Shown here: positions 24,683-36,442 of the stretch, piece by piece
How positions within the stretch are numbered: position 1 is the stretch's first letter
Layout: every line of letters starts with the position of its first letter
From: Anaeramoeba ignava BMAN
Taxonomy: Eukaryota; Protista; Anaeramoebae
Direction of reading: 5' to 3'
NCBI GenBank assembly: GCA_028826165.1
Contig: JAPDFW010000063.1
Coordinates: forward strand, 1,364,001-1,428,000
DNA length: 64,000 bases
The notes under the pieces: model-generated
Told to the model about the DNA's origin: nothing
What the model saw: only the letters and a program-made list of their open reading frames with translations
Database searches by the model: none
Position numbers and translations under genes: made by a program

Positions 24683-26458
24683 ATGAATGAAATTTTATTT
24701 TTTGGTAAAAATGCAAAACCAAAACTTATCAAAAATGAACCAAATTCAATAACAAAACCAATTCAATTTAAATTTGAAAATGAAAATGAAATTAAACAAA
24801 TTTCAACAGGAATTTTTTCAACGATTTTCCTTTTTAAAAATGGAAAAGCAATGGAATATTTAAGGTATTCAAAACCAAATCCTAAAAAAATTCAAATTGA
24901 AAATATTCAAAAAGTAACTGTTGGTTGGGGAAATGAAGCTATTTTAACAAAAGAAAGAAATGTATTTGCCAAAAGGATGGAATATTAATCCAGATAATTC
25001 AAATGAAATTATCAATATTTCATCATTAATTGAAGATCCAAATGATAGAGTAATTGAAGATATTGTTTCTGGAGATAATTCAATTTATTTATTAACTTCA
25101 AATCAAAATGCTTATGGAATTGGTTCAAATCATTATGGTCAACTTGGATTTGATTCTGAAACACTTCCAAAAACAGAAAACCAATTTTAATGATGAAAAA
25201 TGTTTCTAAAATATTTTCAGGAATTTGTTCTAATTGTGTTTTTCTTTTAAATTCAAATCAAAAATTATTTGGATGCGGATATAATGAATATGGTCAACTT
25301 GGATTAGGAGAATCAATAACAGAGATAAAAATCGAAAAATTAACCAAAATCCAAAATATTCCAAAAGGTAAAATAATTGATATTCAATGTGGAAATAACC
25401 ATTCAATAATATTTATTGAAGATGAAGATGAAATTGAAATTGAAATTGAAAATCCAAAAAGAAGACTTTATTCATGTGGGAACCATATTTATAATGGACT
25501 TGGGAAGTTTGAGGATGTAAGTAAATTTATTGAAATCAAATCACCTTTATTTGAAAATGATAATTATATTCTTGAAATTTTTGTTGGAAGTTCGCATACT
25601 TTGATTTTAACTTCTAATTCAAAATTAATCGTATTTGGAGATAATTCTTGGGGTCAATTAGGAATTGGAGATACAAAATATCAATTAATTCCAATTCAAA
25701 TTGAACTTCCTAAATTAAGATTTAATGAAAATATTTCTAATTATCATGTTTCTTGTGGATATGACAAATCATTTCTTTATTATTCTCCTTCTTATTTTTC
25801 CAATCTTGAAGAAGATTTGATAAAATTATTTAGAAGAAAAGAATTTTGTGATATTTCATTTAAAACCAAAAATGGTTCAATAATTGAAGCTCATAAATTA
25901 ATATTGAAATATAGATTAAATCAAAATCAAAATGAAAATCAAATTGAAAAACTTAAACAAATTATTTCAAAAAAATCAATTAAAGAATCAAATCAAATAT
26001 TTGAAATGATTTATTCAAATAATTCTGAAATAAATCCAAAATTATATTCTGAAATTAAAGAAATTATAAATTCAAATGAAAAAATTGAAGAAACAATGAA
26101 AAGAATTTATTTAAATGAAAATGAAAATGAAAATGAAAAAGATTTTATAATTGAAAGAAAAGAAAAACAATATAAATTTCCAAAATTAATATTAATAATG
26201 AGAAGTGAATTATATCGAGGAATGTTTTTATCTGTAACAGAAGATAAATCTAATAAAGTTACAGATTATAGTGAATTAAGTAATAAATCATTTCAAATAT
26301 TTGAATATTGGATTTATTCAAATCAAATTAAAGATGAAATTCAAATTACACAAGAAATAATTGATGAAATTAAAATTGGAATTGATTATTTTCAATTAAA
26401 TCAAACAAATCCAAATTTATTTGATTTATTAATAAATAAATTTAATAATCAAAATTAA
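24683..26458 (+). CDS. RCC1-repeat + tandem BTB protein (copy H), +1 near 24972 and -1 near 25179
   Basis: Three consecutive ORF pieces rebuild a full paralog; both indels lie in A runs. Confidence 0.78.
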
Positions 26459-27000
26459 AATTATAATTATAATTAAAATCAAAATTAAAATTAAAATTAA
26501 AATTAAAATTAAAATCAAAAATAAAATTATAATTATAATTAAAATTAAAATTAAAATTATAATCAAAATTAAAATCAAAATTAAAATCAAAATTAAAATT
26601 AAAATTAAAATTAAAATTAAAATTAAAATCAAAATTAAAATCAAAATTAAAATCAAAATTAAAATTAAAATTAAAATTAAAATTAAAATCAAAAATTAAA
26701 ATTAAAATCAAAATTAAAATCAAAATTAAAATTAAAATTAAAATCAAAATCAAAATCAAAATTAAAATCAAAATCAAAATCAAAATTAAAATCAAAATTA
26801 AAATTAAAATTAAAATCAAAATTAAAATTAAAATCAAAATCAAAATCAAAATCAAAATTTAAAATTAAAATTAAAATCAAAATTAAAATTAAAATCAAAA
26901 TCAAAATCAAAATCAAAATTAAAATTAAAATTAAAAATAAAATTAAAATTAAAATTAAAATTAAAATTAAAATTAAAATTAAAATCAAAATCAAAATTTT
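26459..27000 (+). repeat. (AAAATT/AAAATC)n hexamer satellite in the array spacer
   Basis: About 540 bp of tandem hexamers. Confidence 0.95.
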
Positions 27001-27057
27001 TTTTCATTTTTTTTTCATTTTTATCTTTTTCAAAAAAATAAAAAAAGAAAAAAGAAA

Positions 27058-28896
27058 ATGAATGATTGTTTATTTTTTGGTCGAAATTATTCTCCAAAAC
27101 TTATCAAAAATGAACCAAATTCAATAAAAAAACCAATTCAATTTAAATTTGAAAATGAAAATGAAAAACAAATTAAACAAATTTCAACAGGAAAGCTTTC
27201 AACAATTTTCCTTTTTAAAAATGGAAAAGCAATAGAATATTTAAATGAAAAATATTCAAAACAAAATCCTAAAAAAATTGAATTTGAAAATATTCAAAAA
27301 GTAACTGTTGGTTATGAAGATGAAGCTATTTTAACAAAAGAAGGAAATGTATTTGCAAAAGGAGAAAATATTAGTTCACATTACCAAAAATATCCAGATA
27401 AATTTATCAATATTTCATCATTAATTGAAGATCCAAATGATAGAATAATTGAAGATATTGTTTCTGGAGGAAGTTCAATTTACTTATTAACTTCAAATCA
27501 AAATGCTTATGGAATTGGATCAAATAGATCTTGTCAACTTGGTTTAGATTATGAAACACTTAAAAAAGCAGAAAAACCAATTTTAATGATGAAAAATGTT
27601 TCTAAAATATTTTCAGGAAATAATGCTTTTCATGCCTTTCTTTTAAATTCAAATCAAGAACTATTTGGATGCGGAGATACTCTTTTTTATCGACTTAAAT
27701 TGAAAAATCCAAAAGAATTAACTCAAATCAAAAAAATTCCAAAAGGCAAAATAATTGATATTAAATGTGGATATTATCACATAATAATTCTAATTCAAGA
27801 CAAAAAAGAAAAAGAAAAAGAAAGCCAAAATCCAAAAAGAAGACTTTATTCATGTGGGAGTCATATTTATAATGGAATTGGGAAGTTTGAGGATGTAAGT
27901 AAATTTACTGAAATCAAATCACCTTTATTTGAAAACGATGATATTCTTGATTTTTCTGTTGGAAGTTCACATACTTTGATTTTAACATCTAAAGGAAAAT
28001 GGATAGGATTTGGAAGTAGTTCCTCTGGTGAATTAGGAACTGAAAATACAAAAAATCAATATTTTCCAATTCAAATTGAATTTCCTAAATTAAGATTTAA
28101 TGAAAATATTTCTAATTATCATATCTCTTGTGGATATAATAACACATTTCTTTATTATTCTCCTCCTTCTTTTTTTAATCTTGAAGAAGATTTGATAAAA
28201 TTATTTGAAAGAAAAGAATTTTGTGATATTTCATTTAAAACCAAAAATGGAGAAATAATTGAAGCTCATAAATTAATATTGAAATATAGATTAAAAGAAA
28301 AAGAAATGATTGATTATCTTCAAGAAATTATTTCAAAAAAATCAATTAAAGAATCAAATCAAATATTTGAAATGATTTATTCAAATAATTCTGAAATAAA
28401 TCCAAAATTATATTCTGAAATTAAAGAAATTATAAATTACAATGAAAAAATTGAAGAAACAATGAAAAGAATTTATTTAAATGAAAATGAAAATGAAAAA
28501 GATTTTATAATTGAAAGAAAAGAAAAACAATATAAATTTCCAAAATTAATATTAATAATGAGAAGTGAATTATATCGAGGAATGTTTTTATCTGTAACAG
28601 AAGATACTTCTAATAAAGTTACAGATTATAGTGAATTAAGTGATGAATCATTTCAAATATTTGAATATTGGATTTATTCAAATCAAATTAAAGATGAAAT
28701 TCAAATTACACAAGAAATTATTGATGAAATTCAAATTGGAATTGATTATTTTCAATTAAATCAAACAAATCCAAATTTATTTGATTTATTAATTAACAAA
28801 TTTAATAATCAAAATCAAAATCAAAATCAAAATCAAAATCAAAATCAAAATCAAAATCAGAAAGAAAATGAAAATGAAAAATGTTCAATTTTTTAA
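27058..28896 (+). CDS. RCC1-repeat + tandem BTB protein (copy I) with C-terminal CaaX (CSIF)
   Basis: Intact 612 aa; ends (NQ)n-KENENEKCSIF*. Confidence 0.92.
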   Translation: MNDCLFFGRNYSPKLIKNEPNSIKKPIQFKFENENEKQIKQISTGKLSTIFLFKNGKAIEYLNEKYSKQNPKKIEFENIQKVTVGYEDEAILTKEGNVFAKGENISSHYQKYPDKFINISSLIEDPNDRIIEDIVSGGSSIYLLTSNQNAYGIGSNRSCQLGLDYETLKKAEKPILMMKNVSKIFSGNNAFHAFLLNSNQELFGCGDTLFYRLKLKNPKELTQIKKIPKGKIIDIKCGYYHIIILIQDKKEKEKESQNPKRRLYSCGSHIYNGIGKFEDVSKFTEIKSPLFENDDILDFSVGSSHTLILTSKGKWIGFGSSSSGELGTENTKNQYFPIQIEFPKLRFNENISNYHISCGYNNTFLYYSPPSFFNLEEDLIKLFERKEFCDISFKTKNGEIIEAHKLILKYRLKEKEMIDYLQEIISKKSIKESNQIFEMIYSNNSEINPKLYSEIKEIINYNEKIEETMKRIYLNENENEKDFIIERKEKQYKFPKLILIMRSELYRGMFLSVTEDTSNKVTDYSELSDESFQIFEYWIYSNQIKDEIQITQEIIDEIQIGIDYFQLNQTNPNLFDLLINKFNNQNQNQNQNQNQNQNQNQKENENEKCSIF

Positions 28897-29177
28897 AAGA
28901 AATAATTAATTAAATTAAAAGAGGAATTGATTATTTCCAATTAAATCAAACAAATCCAAATTTATTTCAAATTTATTTAAAGAAAAATTAAAAAGAAAAA
29001 TTAAAAAAAAAAAACAAAATTTTTGATTTGTTTAGTTTTCGCATTTTATTTCCAAAAAGAATTTATTTTATTTTTTCATTTTTTTTTCATTTTTCTTCAT
29101 TTTTTTTTCTCTTTGAAAAGTTTTTTTTTTGTTTTATTAATTTTTTTATTGAAAAGAATACTCAAAAAAATTTTAAA

Positions 29178-32100
29178 ATGGAAAATGAAAATTTAAATGA
29201 AAATGAAAATGAAAATGAAAATGAAAATGAAAATGAAAATGAAAATGAAAATGAAAATGAAAATGAAAATGAAAATTTAAATCAAAATGAAAAAATTGTT
29301 TTAGAAAGTTTTCATGAAAAACCAGCAATTGAAATTCAAAGAGTTTTTCGAGGATTTCTTTCAAGAAAAAGAGTTAAAAGTGGTATGAAAATCAAAATTA
29401 AAAAAAAATTTAAATTGAAAAAAAAAATGGAATTTTTCTTTTTATTTCAATTTTATAAGATGAATTTAAAAAAGCGAGAAGAAGAAACTTAGCAATTTCC
29501 GAATTAATTGCTACAGAAGAAAGTTATCTTCAACACCTTTACATTACAATCAATTATTATTACAATCCATTAAAGAAAAAAAAAATATTAAAATCCCAAA
29601 TAATTCGAGAAATTTTTTCAAATGTTCAAATTATTTGGCAAGTCAACTCAATTCTTCATGAGAAACTACTTGAAAGAAAGCATAGCAGAAATTTGTTTTG
29701 CTATGGAGATGTTCTCGCGGATTATGTACCTGTCCTTATTAAGCCTTATAGCGATTATGTTAATAATTATAATAATGCCATTTCACTTCTTGAAAAGTTC
29801 TCAAAACATAGTTCTTTTTCTCGATTTTTGGAACAAATTTTAGAAATACCTCAGGTAATGAACCTTCAATTATCTGCGTTGTTAATCACGCCTGTGCAGA
29901 GAATTCCTCGATATGTTCTTCTTTTTCATGTAAATTGGCTGATCAAAAAACAAATACCCAAATTTTTTTCTTTTTTTTATGATTTTTGATTATAAAATTA
30001 AATGGTTGTTTTATAAATAGGAAATTGTGCAAAATACTGAAAAAGAGAATCCAGATTATTTGCACTTTTCAAATGCATTAACAAAAGTGAAGGAAGTTGC
30101 AGAAGAAGTTAATAAAAGTAAAGAAGAATTTGAAAACCTTTCCATTCTTAGAAAAAATTCAATCAAGATTTCGTCAAGACGAACAAGTAGTAAGTATTAT
30201 TTGGCACATTGTACCGCTCAATTCACGGAGTGTTTAATTTTTTGCTCTGATTTTTTTGTGTTGATTCAATAGGATTTAGCAGTTGTGGGAAGAACCTTTC
30301 TTTTGGAAAAGAAAATACAAATGGATGATACTGTAAATCGCAGGAAATATATTATGTTTGTTTTCTCGGATATGATCCTCTTTGCCAAAAAACGCACCAC
30401 TGATGGCAAGCTTTTCTCCAGACACTTTATATCAATGAGGGATGTTAAAATGGCTCTTGGAAAAGAAATTCAATTCTCTTTATATATTTCTCCTCATTTT
30501 CTTCTGATCTGCAAAGATGATAATGAAAAGAAAGAGATGATGAGTTTAATCATTAATGCAATGAATGAATTTCATGAAACAGAAAAATATTTAAAAGGTG
30601 AATAAATTTTTCTTTTTTTTTTGAATAATTTTTTTTGACATTTTTTTTTGATATTTTTTTAGATACAATTTCTTGGAAAAGAATACCTGCTCAAGGAGAA
30701 GAAATTCCTCCAGGATTAAGTGGAAGTTCTTGCTGTATTATTGATGAAAAATTATATATATTTGGAGGTGAACGTAATAAAAGAGCTTATTCAAATAAAA
30801 TGTATTGCTTTGATTTAAAAGAGTCGAAATGGATCAAATTAAATATTCAAGGTCAACCCCCTTGTCCAAGATCTTTTCAGTCAGTTTCTTCAATCTCTTC
30901 CTATATTTTCGTATTTGGTGGTTCTGATAATAAACAAAGATATGGAGATCTTCATATTCTTTTAACAGGTAAAAAAAAATTTATTCATTTAAAAAAAAAG
31001 TGTCAAAAAAAAAATTTTTTTCACCTTTTTTTTTTCCAATTTAAAATTAATTTTAAAAAATTTTTTTCTTCTTTTTAGATTCAATGGAATGGATTAATAA
31101 CCCAGAAACAACAGGCGAACCACCAACACCACGTTCAGGGCACTCTCAAGCTGTATTAATGAATCAATTATGGATTTTTGGAGGAAGAGGAAGTGATGAT
31201 TCTTTTCTTGATGATCTTTATTTATTAGATTCAAATACATATTGTTGGTTTCATATTTTAACAAATATTGATGCACCAAGTCCATCTCCTAGAAGTTGGC
31301 ATACAACTACTTTTATTGGATCCTCTTTAGTTTTGTTTGGTGGTGCTATTTTTTCGAAATCTTTACAAGATTTGTGGATATTTAATACAGGTATTAATTA
31401 AATCAAATCAAATCAAATCAAATTAAATTAAATTTAAAATCAAATCAAATTCTAAATCAAATTCAAATTCAAAATCAAATCAAATAAAATCAAATTCAAA
31501 TAAAATCAAATCAAATCAAATCAAATCAAATCAAATCAAATTAAATTCAAATCAAAATCAAATAAAATCTAAATCAAATCAAATTTAAAATCAAATTAAA
31601 TTTAAAATCAAAACCAAATCAAAATCAAATAAAATCAAATAAAATCAAAATCAAAATTAAATCAAATTCAAATTAAATCAAATAAAATCAAATAAAATCA
31701 AATTAAATCAAAATCAAATCCAATTTAAAATCAAAATCAAATCAAATTTAAAATCAAATTAAATTCCAAATTAAATAAAATTAAATCAAATTAAATTAAA
31801 TTAAATTTAAAATCAAATTAAAATCAAATTTAAAATCAAATTAATTAAATCAAATCAAATTAATTAAATTAAATCAAATTTAAAATCAAATCAAATTCAA
31901 ATCAAAATCAAATAAAATCAAATCAAAATTAAAATCAAATAAAATCAAATTCAAAATTAAAATCAAATTAAATCAAATCCAAATCAAATTAAATTTAAAT
32001 TAAATCAAATTAAATCAAATCTAAAATTAAAATCAAATTAAATCAAATTCAAAATCAAATCAAATTTAAAATCAAATCAAATTAAATTAAATTAAATTTA

Positions 32101-35100
32101 AATTAAATTTAAAATCAAATCAAAATCAAAATCAAAATCAAATTTAAAATCAAATCAAATTTAAAATCAAATTCAATTAAATTAAATTTAAAATCAAAAT
32201 CAAATCAAATTTAAATTAAATTTAAAATCAAATCCAATTTAAAATCAAAATCAAATAAAATTCAAAATCAAATTTAAAATAAAATCCAAATCAAATCAAA
32301 TTTAAAATCAAATCAAAATCAAAATCAAAATCAAATTTAAAATCAAATTAAATTAAAATTAAATTAAATCAAATTAAATCAAAATTAAAATCAAAATCAA
32401 ATTAAATTAAATCAAATTAAATTAAATCAAATTAAATAAAATCAAAATCAAAATTAAATTTAAAATCAAATCAAAATCAAATAAAATCAAATCAAAATTA
32501 AAATCAAATAAAATCAAATCAAAATCAAATAAAATCAAATTAAATTTAAAATCAAATTAAATTAAATTTAAAATCAAATTAAATTAAATTTAAAATCAAA
32601 TTAAATTAAATTTAAAATCAAATTAAATTAAATTTAAAATCAAATTAAATTAAATTTAAAATCAAATTAAATCAAATCAAAATCAAAATCAAATTCAAAT
32701 CAAATCAAAATCAAATTCAAATAAAATCAAATTAAATCAAATTAAATTAAATTTAAAATCAAAATCAAATTTAAAATCAAATCAAATTCTAAATCAAATT
32801 CAAATTCAAAATCAAATTCAAATAAAATCAAATTTAAAATCAAATCAAATCAAATCAAATCAAATCAAATCAAATTAATTAAATTAAATTTAAAATCAAA
32901 TCAAATTAATTAAATTAAATTAAATCAAATTCAATCAAAATCAAATCAAATTAAATTAAATTAAATTCCAAATTAAAATCAAATCAAATCCAATTTAAAA
33001 TCAAAATCAAATAAAATTCAAAATCAAATTTAAAATAAAATCCAAATCAAATCAAATTTTAAATCAAATTCAAAATAAAATCCAAATCAAATAAAATCAA
33101 ATCAAATTTAAAATCAAATTAATTAAATCAAATCAAATCAAATTAAATTTAAAATCAAATCCAATTTAAAATCAAATCAAATCAAATCAAATCAAATTCA
33201 AATCAAATTTAAAAAAAAGAAACTGGAGAATGGAAAGAAGCCCAAGCAGAAGGAGAAAAACCACCACCTAGATTTACACATTCAGCAAACCTTGTTGGAA
33301 AAAAACTATTTATTATTGGCGGCAAAACAGCAATGAGTAACCATAATGATGCCTACTATCTCGACTTGGAGGATTTCACATGGAATCTAGTCAACGAACA
33401 TGGCGAGAAATCCATATCACGTGCGCGTCATACAGCAATAACTCTTGATAACAAACACATCATTTATTTTGGAGGAGAAGCTGAATCCAAAAAATTTGAT
33501 TTTTTACACATCATAGATATATCATATTCACAAGGAATTATAAGCAAAAGAAAGCAAAGAGCTCATGAACAAAAATTATACGAGCAACTGTTCCAAAAAG
33601 AACGAGAGGAAATGAAAAAAAGAATATATGAAGATGATTCAAGTACGAATGACACAAGTGATCAATTTAATCCTTCCCAAAATACAGAACCCAGTGATTC
33701 TTTGATAAGTGATTCCGGGGATAGAACCGATGACGAAGATACAGACAGCACAGGCAACTCAGGCTTGTCTATTAAGAACCAAATACAACTAGATACGCAA
33801 ATGCCCAAAAATGAGAAATATGGGATCAAAAAAGAATTTCCTAAAGAAAAGAAAACTATCAAAATGCACAACGTTGCTGCTCAACAACAACCCGTCTTCG
33901 ACTCTTTACTGTCTCAGCTCAGACAATCAATGGACGAGAAAGACAAATCATTGACTTTGACTATGAAACGATTGAAAAAATGGAAACCATCACGTCAAAT
34001 CCATCCACTCCCTAAAAATATCCACAAATCTCGTAGAAACTCGTTCTCACAAAATTTTGAGTCTATTGTCTTTTTTAGATCTTTTCATAATTTTCCTTCT
34101 CGTTCCAGAAAAAGATGGTCACTTCCTTCATGGTTCAGTTCCCAGAATTCAGAAATACACTCCAAAAAATCTTCACAACTTCAATCAACTCTATCCAAAA
34201 AACCCAATATCAAAAAATTTTTTGCAAAAACAAAAACAAAAACAAAAACAACTCCCAAAAATTCGTTAAGAGCAAAAAGTGGATTGAATCATAAATCGCA
34301 ACTCAACTCAAATGGGAAATCTTCTCAAAATCGAAAAATTCACTTAAATCTCAAAATTCCAACGAAAACAAAAAAAAAGGCACTTCCACCACTTCCACCT
34401 AAAAAAACATCACCAAATTCATCAAATCTATCAAATTCTGCACCAAAACCTCTGACAAAAACATATTCACAACAATCACTCCCTAGTTTTGAACAAAAAA
34501 GTTTAAATTTATTTAGTACTCCTTTCACAAAAAAAGTGGAACGTCCTTTTGTTTCTCCAAAAACTTCTTTTGTTCCAAATATAGCAATAAAAACAACAGA
34601 TTCTATCAATATAAAATCACCAAACATTCAAAATTCAGAACAACCCTCTTTGCGTTCACATTCAAAAAAGCTTCCACGACCCAAAAAAGCAGCACCCAAA
34701 TTAACATCAACCCAAAATGAAAATCAAATTCAAAATCAAATTCAAAATCAAAATGAAAATGAAAATGAAAATCAAATTCAAAATCAAATTCAAAATGAAA
34801 ATGAAAATGAAAATGAAAATGAAAATCAAATTCAAAATGAAAATCAAAATCAAAATGAAATTCAAAATCAAAATCAAAATCAAAATCAAAATCAAAATCA
34901 AAATGAAATTCAAAATCAAAATCAAAATGAAATTCAAAATCAAAATCAAAATGAAAATCAAATTCAAAATCAAATTCAAGATCAAATTAAAAATCAAATT
35001 CCAATTCAAAATCAAATTCAAAATCAAATTAAAAATCAAATTCAAAATCAAATTCCAAATCAATCAAAAAGCCTTTCTTTACCTCAAAATACAGGACAAA

Positions 35101-35684
35101 ATATTGCTCATTCAGCACCATCTGTCCGTAAAACAAGAAGAAGAGCCCAATTAGTTTCCAAGCTCTCGAAATATCAAACACTCGATAGATCTGAATTAAG
35201 AAAAAATTTTCCTCAATTCCAAAAAAATAACAAAACTCAAAATGAAAGCGCAAATCCAATTCAAACTCAAAATAAAAATCATCTTAAACAAAAGCTCCAA
35301 TTTGATCAAACCAATCCAAAAGATGAGAAAAAAAAACTAAATCCAAATAGGTTAAATCAATTTGAAAAGAATTTGCAACAATTTGAGAAAAATCAAACAT
35401 TAATTTCAACGACTCAAGATCCAAAAAAAAATCAAAATTTGATTTCAAAAAAAGAAAATGAGCAAAACCAAAATGAACAATATTTAAATGTTTCTCAAAG
35501 TAATGAAAAAAAACCACCTGAAAGACCTTTAAAAAAGCCTCCTCAAAAGCCTTTACAACAACCTCCTCAAAAACCTTTACAAAATTTATATGAAAATTTA
35601 CCTCCAAAACTCCCACCAAGACCAACTAAATCTAAGAGGAATTTAATTTCAAGAGAACTTCCAAAACCTCCTCAACAAAAATAA
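29178..35684 (+). CDS. IQ + RhoGEF (DH-PH) + Kelch repeats + Pro/Gln-rich tail, multi-exon
   Basis: IQRVFRGFLSRK; ELIATEESY and LLITPVQRIPRY (DH); FVFSDMILFAK (PH); IFGG/PRS.H Kelch blades; introns include 29383-29459, 29929-30020, 30969-31078, 31391-33219; probable +1 error near 30155. Confidence 0.88.
31391..33219 (+). repeat. 1.8-kb intron of mixed AAATC/AAATT/AAAATC satellite
   Basis: GT at 31391, AG at 33218-33219; joins Kelch exons in phase 1. Confidence 0.9.
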
Positions 35685-35719
35685 TTTAAATTTTATATCA
35701 TTTTCTTTTTATTTTTCAA

Positions 35720-36065
35720 TTCAATGCAATCCAATTTTCAATTCAATATTCAATTCAATGCAATCCAATATTCAATTTAATCCAATATTCAATTCAATTC
35801 AATTTAATTCAATTCAATATTCAATTCAATATTCAATATTTAATATTCAATTCAATTTAATATTCAATTCAATATTTAATATTCAATTTAATTCAATATC
35901 CAATTCAATTCAATTCAATTCAATTTAATTTAATTCAATTCAATTCAATATTCAATTCAATATTCAATTCAATTCAATTCAATTCAATTCAATTCAATTC
36001 AATTCAATTCAATTCAATTCAATTCAATTCAATATTCAATTTAATATTCAATTCAATATCCAATT
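35720..36065 (+). repeat. (AATTC)n / AATATTC degenerate microsatellite, intergenic
   Basis: Tandem pentamers downstream of the RhoGEF stop. Confidence 0.9.
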
Positions 36066-36402
36066 TGTTTTTTACACTTTCTTTTTTAAAAAATTACTTA
36101 ATTTTACTTTATGATTAAATTCATTAAATCAAATCAAATTAAAAAAGGAGAATTTTTATATTTTGTTTTATTTTGTTTTATTTTGTTTTTTTTTAAAAAA
36201 GTGGAACAAAGAAAATTTTTCCTTTTTTCCTTTTTTCCTTTTTTTTTTCCACTTTTTTTTTTTTAATTAAAAATGTTTATTTTGCTTTGATAATATTTTA
36301 AAAAAATAAAAATAAAAATAAGTCAATGTTAGAACTGTCGAATTCCAAAAAAAATAAAACAAAAAAAAATTTAAATAAAAAAAAGGAAAAAAAGAATTCA
36401 TT

Positions 36403-36433
<31 letters not shown>

Positions 36434-36442
36434 ATTTTTAAA

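Noticed and set aside
18140-25185. Frameshifts in array copies D, F and H as programmed phase variation or pseudogenisation
   Set aside because: All are 1-nt indels in short A runs, and the same kind occurs in WDR46 (about 39906), the RhoGEF (about 30155) and CENATAC (about 1260); long-read consensus error is the simpler explanation until checked with short reads
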